A program made the position numbers and the translations under genes. Under the pieces are notes generated by a model, which worked only from the letters and a program-made list of their open reading frames with translations, made no database searches and was not told where the DNA came from. From Octopus vulgaris (Eukaryota), in contig OX597834.1 in the NCBI GenBank assembly GCA_951406725.2, positions 40,238,001 to 40,302,000 of the forward strand: 64,000 nucleotides of DNA, given 5' to 3'. Below are positions 53,813-64,000 of this stretch, piece by piece (within the stretch, counting starts at the first letter, position 1; each line of letters starts with the position of its first letter).

Positions 53813-54319
53813 TTCTCCACACCATTACAAACCCTCACGCAAACCCATCTACCGATTCACACCTCCACCACCACCGCTGCCGCCGCCGCCTCCTTCATAA
53901 AATCCCTCCCCCCCCCACTGAGCGCGATTTCTGATCAGCAAGAAAACGAAACTCATTATGGCTTGCTTGCTTCCTTCTTCTTTTCCAAGTCCATGCGATA
54001 CGATGATGATAGCAAAGCAATGGACGATGATTGCCAGGAACAGCAGCAGCAGTGCCAACAACAACAACAACAACAACAGTAGTAGTAGTAGTAGTAGTAG
54101 TGGTAGTAGTAGTAGTGGAAGTGGAAGTAGTAGTAGTAGTAGTCTCTAACTAAGCTGTGTGCGAGACAAGAGTTAAAAAGATGGGGGTGGAGGGGAAGGA
54201 AACGTATGAAAAGTGGTATTTATGTGCTTCCATAACTTGCCGGTTGGGCTTATCGTTCGTTCTCAATTAAAGCAACCCTCATATTGAAAAGAGAAAACAC
54301 TTTCCCCCTCCTCACCTCT

Positions 54320-54840
54320 CTTACTGAATATTTTATCGTCCCTTTAACCCAGAATGAATGAAATACAAAATGAATGAAATACAAGTAGATTTCATTCATA
54401 TTTCATTTCACCATTGTCTTTCTCTTTCTTTCCGAAATTTCTCGATCTTATTAATAATCTACCTGTAAGATTTTATTTATCTCGAGCGGATCAATATTCG
54501 TTCTTATTGAAAGCATTGTTGTCCCCTTTTACCTGCAACAGAACATAAGAACATACCTGTATATCATTAATCTTTCATTTATTCATTTTCTCGATCTTAT
54601 TAATCTCCCTGTAATAACAGGTAAAATACCTATTTACATATTTATTTACATGTCTCTCTCTCCAATTATCCATCCATTGTCGTCCCTTAACCCACATTTA
54701 TTTCATTAAATTTTAATTTATTCACTATCTTTCTCCTTCCCAATTTCTCGATCTATTAAATCTACCTGTAGTTACACGTAAATATCTATCTACATATTTA
54801 CCTGCCTATCTGTCCAATTATCTATTTGTCTATCTGTCCG
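54320..54840. repeat. Degenerate tandem repeat, ~150-180-bp period, about 3 units
   Basis: ttctcgatctt.att..tct.cctgta and gtccctt.accc each recur three times. Confidence 0.55.
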
Positions 54841-55031
54841 CCTACTCAACTACAAATTTATTCAACAGTTGTCAAGTGTCTTCTCTCTTATCTTATCCAC
54901 CTGTTTATTCAACTCTTAACTTATTGTCTATTATTCTCCAGGCTTGTCTTTCATACTCCGCCGGTCACTATTTAGCCAACAACTTGTCTATCTAGCCATT
55001 TTCACTATCTCTGTCTACCGCATCATCTGCA

Positions 55032-55459
55032 GACGAAATACCTATTTCTTTACTACCCACAAGGGGCTTAAACACAGAGGGGACAAACAAAGAGAGACAA
55101 ACGGATTAAATCGATTATATCGACTCCAGTGCGTAACTGGTACTTATTTAATCGACCCCGAAAGGATGAAAGGCAAAGTCGACCTCGGCGGAATTCGAAC
55201 TCAGAACGTAAAGACAGACGAAATACCTATTTCTTTATTACCCACAAGGGGCTAAACACAGAGGGGACAAACAAGGACAGACAAACGGATCAAGTCGATT
55301 ATATCGACCCCAGTGCGTAACTGGTACTTATTTAATCGACCCCGAAAAGATGAAAGGCAAAGTCGACCTCGGCGGAATTCGAACTCAGAACGTAAAGACA
55401 GCCGAAATACCGCTAAGCATTTCGCCCGGCGTGCCAACGTTTCTGCCAGCTCGCCGCCT
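55032..55459 (-). mobile_element. SINE B array (head + 2 units + partial unit) with a 9-bp TSD
   Basis: tcatctgca at 55023-55031 and 55460-55468; unit spacing 184-185 bp. Confidence 0.92.
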
Positions 55460-56257
55460 TCATCTGCATACGAATACCATCAACCGTTTGTCTCCAAAAT
55501 TCCTTCTTCCACGTTACTCTTGTTAACTTGCTCTTCGGTAGTCCAGAGTTTCCAACCAGTCGGTCAATAAATGTCCTGCCAAGACGACTATCATGAAGCT
55601 TTCTAACATTGGTTCCCACATCAGCATTTGAATCGCTCTTTCATCCTTGTCAGGTCCGGCCCTAAGGCTGCTGGCGCCCCAGACAAACTGAACTTCGCTG
55701 TGTACAAACTAACGGTCGTAGAAATGTCCATATTTTTGTCACGCCCTCCTCGGCGCCCCTTAGAACACATCGCCCTGGGAGACTACTCGAGTTGCCGGTA
55801 CCATCAACCAAATTCACTCACAAAGCATTGGTCGTCCTCGGAGTTATAGTAAACGACACTAGCCTGGAAGTGTCGTGCACAGTGGGACTGAACTCGAAAT
55901 CATGTGGTTGCAAAGCGGGCTTCTTAACCACACAGCCATACATGCGCATAAAAATAAAATTTTCAATCAATATTTAATATTTAGTTATATTGCGCGCGAT
56001 TCCAAGATCAAATCCAGTCACAGTCATCCATATATTACATCAGGCCACGTTCGAGATATTCAAAAAATGGGGCCAAATCAATAAAACACATCGCAATCCC
56101 TGTCAACATGTTAGCTTTTGTGCCCAAGGATGGTAGTCGTGTGTCGACAGCCGTTGGACAGTATTTACTTTAAGCTTGAGGTCAAATTACGCTGAAATCG
56201 ATAAAACAAACATTTTTCTTGTTCGGCAAACAACATAGTAAGATCTAAAAAGTAATC

Positions 56258-56780
56258 TTGATCTCCAATTTAACGTGGAGGTTGTGTTAGAATGCAGATT
56301 TGTATGAATGGAAGGTTATACTAGTTCAAATATACTTGGGGCACGTTCGAACCCGTAAGAAGGTCATTTATTATGTTTTGTCATGGAGAAAATTTCTCGC
56401 TGTAGAGAAATAGTGTAAATACAGCAAAGTCAGCTTGCAGCATCATCACCTACACAGATTGTAAGGTGTCAGCACTTCGGAGTGATTATCGCCTCTTCAG
56501 TCACAGAAACCGGAAAAAATGCGCCACGAGACACACCCCTGCTTAGCGCCGAGAGAAATTCTCGTAAGGATTTCTGGTACGTAAAAGCATTCGAAATTAT
56601 ATCATTAACAGGCGAGAATCAACTGCTACGGTCGCCAGAACTACCTAATCACGTGGTCTATCAACGATTTAATTCCGAATGCTTTTATGTACCAAAACTC
56701 CTCATGCGAGTTTCTCTCTCTAGGGAAATAACACAGTATTGTGTGTTCTAACACAACCTCCGTATTAAGTTAGAGACGAA
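56258..56780. mobile_element. Probable old MITE with ~40-bp inverted ends
   Basis: tctccaatttaacgtggaggttgtgttagaa mirrors ttctaacacaacctccgtattaagttagaga. Confidence 0.55.
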
Positions 56781-57111
56781 GGTTATCTTTTCGTATTATT
56801 ATTACTGCTTCTGTCGCTCTCAATTACAGTAGGATCTACATACACTCATACTTTTAAGCCGTTCACTTTTTATGATGAATCTTCGAGCCTGAAATATATG
56901 AAGGTTCTTCAACTTACCCCTTCTCCACATAATGAAAGCGGAAACAATACATTGAAGGTCTCCGTCTTCCGTTATTTCTTAATTTACTTCTGTATCACAA
57001 AGCTTCAAGCAAACTACAAATGCTCTTTAATCCAAAATGCTCTGCAGTTTTATCAACTAAAACTGATCCTCGGTAGAGAAACATGGATTCGTAAAAAAAA
57101 AGAAAAAGATC

Positions 57112-57530
57112 ATGAGCAAGTGTCTTCTACTGTAGCCTTGGGAGTGGATTTGGTAGATGGAAACTGAAAGAAGCCCGTTGTGTGTGTATATATATGTGTG
57201 TGTATTTTTATTTGTATCTGTGTTTATCCTCCCCACCATCGCTTGACAACTGGCATTGGTGTGTTTACGTCCTCTTAACTTAGCAATTCAGCAAAAGAAA
57301 CCGATAGAATAAGTACTAGACTTACAAAGAATAAGTCATGGGGTCGATTTCTTTGACTAAAGGCGGTGCTCCAGTATGACCGCAGTTAAATGACTGAAAC
57401 AAGTAAAAGAATAAAAGAACGTGTGTCTGTGTGTGTCCGCCACTACTTGACAACTGGTATTGTTTTAAGTCTTCATAACTTAGCAGTTCAGTAAAAGATA
57501 CCGATAGAATATGCACTGGACTTTAAAAAT
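57112..57530 (+). mobile_element. 5'-truncated SINE A plus a partial duplicate
   Basis: Family match. Confidence 0.8.
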
Positions 57531-57859
57531 AAAACAAAGAACCCTACCCCCCAACCCACTCTTGCGCCTATAGACATCTGTTGATTGATATTTCATCGAT
57601 CGTGGTGATTAGTTCCAAAGCTTTCCAACATGTGATTATTGGCTTATAAGAATCAATAAAAATGCCTTGTGGTAGAAACGTGTGAAGCACGAATAGAACT
57701 GCCATTGTCCAGTTCTTAAACTTTATTATATTTATGTAACGGTAGCAATTGGAATTGGATTGGTGTGGTTACCAATTGTAACGGTGGAAATTGATTTTTT
57801 TTTTTTTTTTTTTTTTTTTTTAGTTTCAGCTCAGAGCTGCGGCCATGCTGATGCACCAC

Positions 57860-58450
57860 CGTAGCGACAGACGGAATACTTATTTCTTTACTACCCACAA
57901 GGAGCTAAACACAGAGGGGACAAACAAGGACAGACAAAGGGATTAAGTCGATTACATCGACCCCTGTGCGTAACTGGTCCTTAATTTATCAACCCCGAAA
58001 GGATGAAAGGCAAAGTCGGCCTCGGCGGAATTTGAACTCAGAACGTAACGGCAGACGAAATACCTATTCTTTACTACTACACAGAGGGGACAAACAAGGA
58101 CAGACAAACGGATTAAGTCGATTACATCGACTCCAGTGCGTAACTGGTCCTTAATTTATCAACCCCGAAAGGATGAAAGGCAAAGTTGACCTCGGCGGAA
58201 TTAGAACTCAGAACGTAGCGGCAGACGAAATAACTATTTCTTTTCTACCCACAAGGGGCTAAACACAGAGGGGACAAATAAAGACACACAGACGGATTAA
58301 GTCGATTATATCAACCCCAGTGCGTAACTGGTACTTATTTAATCGACCCCGAAAGGATGAAGGGCAAAGAGGAACTCGGCGGAATTTGAACTCAGAACAT
58401 AAGACAGACGAAATACCGGTAAGGATTTCGCCTGGCGTGCTAACATTTCA
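57860..58450 (-). mobile_element. SINE B array (head + 3 units + partial unit)
   Basis: Three complete cores in head-to-tail order. Confidence 0.9.
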
Positions 58451-58827
58451 TAAATACTATGTACGAAGAACACAAAACCAAAACTGGTACTTTCAAAGGA
58501 AGTTCCTTTCCGATAATTTTTCTACGCCGACTACACAAGCAATCCCTCCACGCTCGCTCTCTGTCAAATTGTAGTGAACCACCGATATGCTTAATAAAAA
58601 AATTTTTGTTAGGAAAACGTTATTTCACAAACTATGAAACATAAAATAGATATATACAAAGTAGAAGAAGGAGATAGAAGCTATCAGAGTTGACAAAGTG
58701 TCAGTCTGCCACGTGAAAGACGAGTAGTTTGCATCCTTTCTTTAGTGATACTCGAGGTGAGATGGTTGTCAAGGAGAAAGCTACTCTGCTCTGTGTATAT
58801 GTTTCAACAAGAACTACAAGCGCTTTA

Positions 58828-58858
<31 letters not shown>

Positions 58859-59124
58859 TCTGCTTTTCTTTTTTTCATCTGAAGATAATAAATCAGAAGA
58901 GCTTTTGTGAAATTTCTTCCTTGTAAAATTCTGGATTTTTAAGACAGGATAAGATAGGAATATTTGGCTGATATATTTCCAGTACATCAATATTCTGAAT
59001 AGAAAAAAGTATGGAAGGTGAAATTTGAAACGTTCTCGGTAACTTCGAGATTCAAAGTATGGAAGGTAAAAATTGAAAACATTCTCACTAACTGACACAG
59101 GAAAAACATTTCACAAATATATTC

Positions 59125-59605
59125 TTTTATTCGTTTCGGTCATTGACTGTGGCCATGCTGGAGCACCGCCTTAATGGTTTTAGTCGATGAAATCGATTTC
59201 TTAGCGTGGCTGGGGTTAGGGGCACTTTTGTGTCTGCTGTAGACAATGTTTTCTGCGGGGTCCAGGGGCGGCAAACGGAAGGGGGCCCCGAGCGGCACAC
59301 ACTAGCTACGCTAGTGCCCAGGGCTTATTTTTTGTAAGCCTAGTACTTATTCTATAAGTCCCTTTTGCCAAACCGCTAAGTTACGAAAACAAACAAATCA
59401 GCATCGGTTGTCAAGCGATGGCCGGGGAAACAAACACATACACACATATATATATATATATGACAGGCTTCTTTCAGTTTCCGTCTACCAAATCCACACA
59501 CAGAGCTTTGGTCAGCCCGAGGCTATAGTAGATAATACTTGCCCAAGGTGCCACGCAGTGGGACAACACAGGACCTCATGGTCAGGAAGCAAACTTGTTA
59601 CCACG
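59125..59605 (-). mobile_element. SINE A interrupted by a ~115-bp Harbinger-like MITE (about 59199-59316)
   Basis: Insert ends tagcgtggctgg / ctagctacgcta are inverted repeats; SINE sequence resumes at cccagggcttatt. Confidence 0.7.
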
Positions 59606-60839
59606 TCTAGTTATTTAAAAAAAAATTGCCAGAAAAGTAACTTCCTGTTTCTTTATTAGCCACAAGGGCCCAAACATAGAGGGGGACAATACAGCCTGAT
59701 TGGGGTCAGACACACAATGATTATATGACTTTTAAAATTTTACAAAATATAATGAAATCGAATGAAATCGAATGAGATACAACAAGGACAAAATAGAAAC
59801 ATGAAATGAAGCAGAGAGATGGGTTACGCTCCGACCCCACGAGCCCCATTCTCCTACTGGAACCGTTGTATGCAGACTTATGACATGTTTACAAAAAATC
59901 TTTAATTCCCAGCACCCTCGCAACATGCAACCATCTTTCTTTGAACATTAGAAACAGTAACTTCCTTTGTTATATGGAACTGGTGTAAGTGATATAAACT
60001 TCGGTAGTTTGGCAAGTCTGCGAGAGAATATTAAGTCGTTATATTTCCCATCACTCAATACTAGACAATACAAGTGGATTCGAAACCATTTCCTTAAAGT
60101 TTCAAATGATGTAGAAGGCGAAGAAGGCGAAAAAGGAGGCGAAAAGAAAGAGGAAAACGAAGAAGCGGAAAATGAGAAAATGTGGAAAAGATGAAGAAGC
60201 GGAAAATGCGATAAAGCGGAGATGACGAAGGAGCGGAGATGGCGAAGAAAAAAATAGAAAGAAACCGAAACGGAAGAGGAAAATAAAAGAGGAAAATAAA
60301 GAAAAGGAAAAGATGAAAGCACAAAATTCAAACAAGGGTTATCTCCTGAGCAATTTTGAATTTCCATAAGAGGAGAATATCGTTTAATTACTAGTAAAAG
60401 ATCTAACCATTCATTTCGCAATTTTCTGGGGCTTTCTAATGTTTCTGCCAGCTCGCCGCCTTAGCAATGAATGGACAATATCGAAAACTGATTGAGTAAG
60501 GCCGTTGGAGAACTGGCGCTAGATCGAAAAGACTTTCATTGTAGTTGACATCAATGCGCTACCGGCGTAGAATACTTGGCGACAACGACGACATATTAAA
60601 TGATACTTATCTCTCTCTTTCTCCCTGGATGAGGAACTGAGCGCGAAAGATTTCTCAGAGATACATGTCATGTAATATAAATTTGCCAATTTCATGTATC
60701 TTAAAAGCATGAAACAGTTAGTAGCTCTTTCGTTATTCTGTATATTAAATCATATTTATCTCTGATTGGATGGAGTACTTTTTTGGTTGATTTTACCTAT
60801 ATTGGAACAGTAAACTATATAACACACACACATTATATA

Positions 60840-61240
60840 TATTTCTTTACTACCCACAAGGGGCTAAACATAGAGGGGACAAACAAAGACAGACAAATGG
60901 ATTAAGTCGATTACACCGACTCCAGTGCGTAACTGGTACTTAATTTATCGATCTCGAAAGGATGAAAGACAGAGTCGACCTCGGCGGAATTTGAACTCAG
61001 AACATAACGGCAGACGAAATATGTATTTCTTTATTACCCACAAGGGGCTAAAGACAGAGGGGACAAACAAGGACAGACATAGGTATTAAGTCGATTACAT
61101 CGACCTCAGTGCGTAACTGGTACTTAATTTATCGACCCCAAAAGGATGAAAGGCAAAGTCGACCTCGGCAAAATTTGAAATCAGAACGTAACGGCAGACG
61201 AAATACGGCTACGCATTTCGCCCAGCGTGCTAACGTTTCT
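60840..61240 (-). mobile_element. SINE B dimer inserted in (TA)n
   Basis: Two units with TA tracts on both sides. Confidence 0.9.
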
Positions 61241-61761
61241 GATATATATATATATCGGATGAACTGCTAGATATAATTAACAAATGATACATTGTCATGA
61301 AAAAAAAAGGAGACCACACAGCGAAGCTTCTATGTAGGTCACTGTCGTTAATAAATAAAAGAATAGAAATAAAGCGGTGGGGAACCAGAGAAAATAATAC
61401 ATCGAGGTAGCTTGTACCGCATCGCTCGCTCTGCTCAATACAAATAAACCACTTAAAATGAGAACCACCAAGAATATATTTTCTGTCCCTAGACTTAAGA
61501 AGAGACTTTATTTATTATATAATAAAGAGACGGTGATCGCAGCTTGAAATGATGGAAAATTTCGCTCGGTTAGCTTCCTTCTCTCAGAGTTGATTGATGT
61601 TGACCGACATCAATTTTCCGAAAGAGATGAAAGTCAATTTACATCAGACGCTGCTGTGAATACGGGAGTCGGTCGCTATGTAATGGAGGCTTGACTTGCT
61701 AGAAATAATAGCCAAATCGCTCTCAAATTACACTTGTCTCCGAGATAAATCAAGCAATGTA

Positions 61762-61825
<64 letters not shown>

Positions 61826-61826
<1 letters not shown>

Positions 61827-62014
61827 CGGGAAGGTTTACGAAAATAAACAAAGGAAGAAGGCAGGTGGAGTACAAACAAACAATGTATTTGTATGGCGCT
61901 CAGGAATAGAAATAAAACAAGTCTTTTACGTTTCGAGCCTACGCTCTTCGACAGAAAGATACACAGAAAAGAAACAAGGAGAGAGAAAAATTGTGTGTAG
62001 GGGCTAACGATCCA

Positions 62015-62015
<1 letters not shown>
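61826..62015 (-). mobile_element. Penelope-like pLTR fragment with a minimal hammerhead motif (61921-61960), inside (TA)n
   Basis: Sense UCUUU CUGUCGA A GAGC GUAG GCUC GAAAC GUA AAAGA: perfect 5-bp stem I and a GUA triplet. Confidence 0.7.
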
Positions 62016-62065
<50 letters not shown>

Positions 62066-62069
62066 CGTA

Positions 62070-62975
62070 AAGAGCGGGAAGAAATGTAGCTGAGCATTTT
62101 GACCGATATATACTAACAGTTCTACTAATTTGCCCCCTTGGTTTAAAATGTTGGTAGAAGATCAACAATTTCGGTGAAGGGGCTAAGTTGATTACTTCGA
62201 CCTCAGTACTTGACTGGTACTTGCTTTATGGACGCCGAAAGGATGATCGTTGGCTTCGGTGACATTTGAACTCAAAACGTGAAGACGAACAAAATGCCCC
62301 TCAGCGTTTTGGCCGGAATACTAACGTTTCTTATTTCTTTATTGCCCACAAGGGGCTAAACATAGCGGGGATAAAAACAAGGACAGACAAAGGGATTAAG
62401 TCGATTACATCGACCCCCAGTACGTAACTGGTACTTAATTTATCGACCCCGAAAGGATGAAAGGCAAAGTCTACCTCGGCGGAATTTGAACTCAGAACGT
62501 AGCGGCAGACGAAATACCTATTTCTTTATTACCCACAAGGGGCTAAACACAGAGGGGACAAACAAGGACAGACAAACGGATTGAGTCGATTATATCGACC
62601 CCAGTACGTAACTGGTACTTAATTTATCGACTCCGAAAGGATGAAAGGCAAAGTCGAACTCGGAGGAATTTGAACTCAGAACGTAGCGGCAAACGAAATA
62701 CGGCTACGCATTTCGCCCGGCGTGCTAACGTTTCTGCCAGCTCGCCGCCTTACAAATAATAATAATGATAATTCTTTCCAATTATGACACAAGGTAAACA
62801 TTTTTGGCAGGAATGGGAAAATCGATTCCCTCACGACCCAGCAGTGCTCAACTGGTACGTGTTTTAGCAACGCCGAAAGATTGAAAGCAAAAGCAAAGCC
62901 GACCTCGGCGGAATTTCAACTCAGAACACAAAGACGGGCGAAATACCGCAAAGCATTTCGTCCAGCGCGGTAACA
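62070..62975 (-). mobile_element. SINE B cluster: old unit, 2 young units and head (62140-62752), then a tail-2 copy
   Basis: Both junction types are present. Confidence 0.88.
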
Positions 62976-63029
62976 TCCGACATATTTTAAATTTTTATTT
63001 ACGCTCAGTGAAGATTAATCACTGTCTTG

Positions 63030-63200
63030 ATTTAGGACACATAGAGAGCGTTTATATGAGAGGGGACACGTCATCGAGGAATACTCGTCCCATTAACCTA
63101 GATAGCGTGTATATCAACGGGGACATGTCATCGAAAACTACTGGCCCCATTAACCCAAACAACATATATATTGTGGGGACACGTCACTGAGGACTACTGG
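63030..63200. repeat. ~57-bp tandem repeat, 3 copies
   Basis: ggggacacgtcatcgagga.tact..ccc attaacc units. Confidence 0.8.
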
Positions 63201-63229
63201 TGTCTAAGGCACTTTATGATCATCATCGT

Positions 63230-63750
63230 CTTCAGATCTAGCACAATGTACCCGATGGCCTCACGTGTATAAGGGGCCTGTTTCTAAACTATGTACGCCG
63301 TGGCTTACTGTTAGAAAATAGGGCCCAGAGCATTGATTTGCTCAGGAACCTTATTGGTCTAGAGGCCCAAATCTGACCAATGTATGCTTGTTTTCAGTAA
63401 ACTAAAATAAGGCACAGTGCATTGATTTGCCAAGGGGTTTCACGGTCCTAAGGGGTCCAACTGTGATCTATGTATGCTGTGCCTTGCTGACAATAAATAC
63501 TATAGGACCCAGTGACTTAATTGCCCCGTGAGCATTATGGGTCTCGAGGCCCAATTCTTGTATATGTATGCTATGGTATGCTGTCAATAAAATATTATAG
63601 GCCAGAGTACTGATTTGCCCAGAGGCCTGACGGGTCTAGGGGTGCAATTCTGATCTATGTATGCTGTGCCTTGCTGTCAATAAATAAGTAGTGATGCGCC
63701 TCTGATACATTGATTTACTTGGGGGCCAATAAGACTGCTAAGACGGCCTC
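63230..63750. repeat. ~92-bp tandem array (5-6 units) ending in a MITE-like terminus
   Basis: tatgtatgctgtg..ctg.caataaata...gatttgcc...ggtct.gaggcccaa units; end gggggccaataagactgctaagacggcc matches ~22371-22398. Confidence 0.75.
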
Positions 63751-64000
63751 ATCAATATTTACCTTTATAATATCGAACCCAGGAGGATAAAAGGCAAAGC
63801 TGACACCCAAGACGAAGTTGTGTATTCACTGAGCCAATGACTCGTCCCGTTTGTTTCAGAGAGGACATGATTTGAGGGAGACTTAACTGCTGTTCATAAC
63901 ACTGATGAGTATGGGATGTGCCTGCGCGCGTATGAGAGTATTGACTGAGTGTGTGCGTGCACTTATAAGTGTGCGTGCGTACGAGTGTGTTTATAGATAG

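Noticed and set aside
57860-58450. CRISPR-like or hammerhead retrozyme interpretation of SINE B arrays
   Set aside because: Units are contiguous without unique spacers, there are no cas genes, and I saw no CUGANGA/GAAA core on either strand of the unit.
59967-60335. Glu/Lys-rich ORF
   Set aside because: Low-complexity purine tract with stops and no convincing exon boundaries.
63902-63930. CTGATGAG hammerhead core (also CTGACGA at 27538)
   Set aside because: No stem II or GAAA partner nearby.

Overview
AT-rich, microsatellite-saturated animal genomic DNA, most likely an octopus (coleoid cephalopod); this is inferred from the tRNA-derived SINE families and LINE remnants, not from a database match. 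No protein-coding host gene can be supported, and almost every ORF in the track is a translated (TG)n/(TA)n/(GAT)n repeat. The window is a mosaic of three tRNA-headed SINE families (called A, B and C here), 3' fragments of CR1-type, RTE-type and R4/Dong-like (REL endonuclease) LINEs, deleted mariner/Tc1 transposons, hAT/piggyBac/Harbinger-like MITEs, non-autonomous Helitrons, foldback elements and minisatellites. Four signals stand out. (1) SINE B repeatedly forms one-head, multi-body arrays of a ~184-bp unit joined at a fixed palindromic junction (GAAATA-GG-TATTTC), often ending in a partial extra unit, which suggests a circular or rolling template or self-targeted insertion. (2) One such array carries an internal copy of its own TSD plus 23 nt copied from the flank of another SINE B insertion 1.8 kb away. 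(3) Several short elements abutting (TA)n tracts carry Penelope-type minimal hammerhead ribozyme motifs, some with a non-canonical CUGUYGA core. (4) CpG content steps up near 20 kb, suggesting the edge of a germline-methylated gene body. Coordinates of degenerate repeats are approximate.
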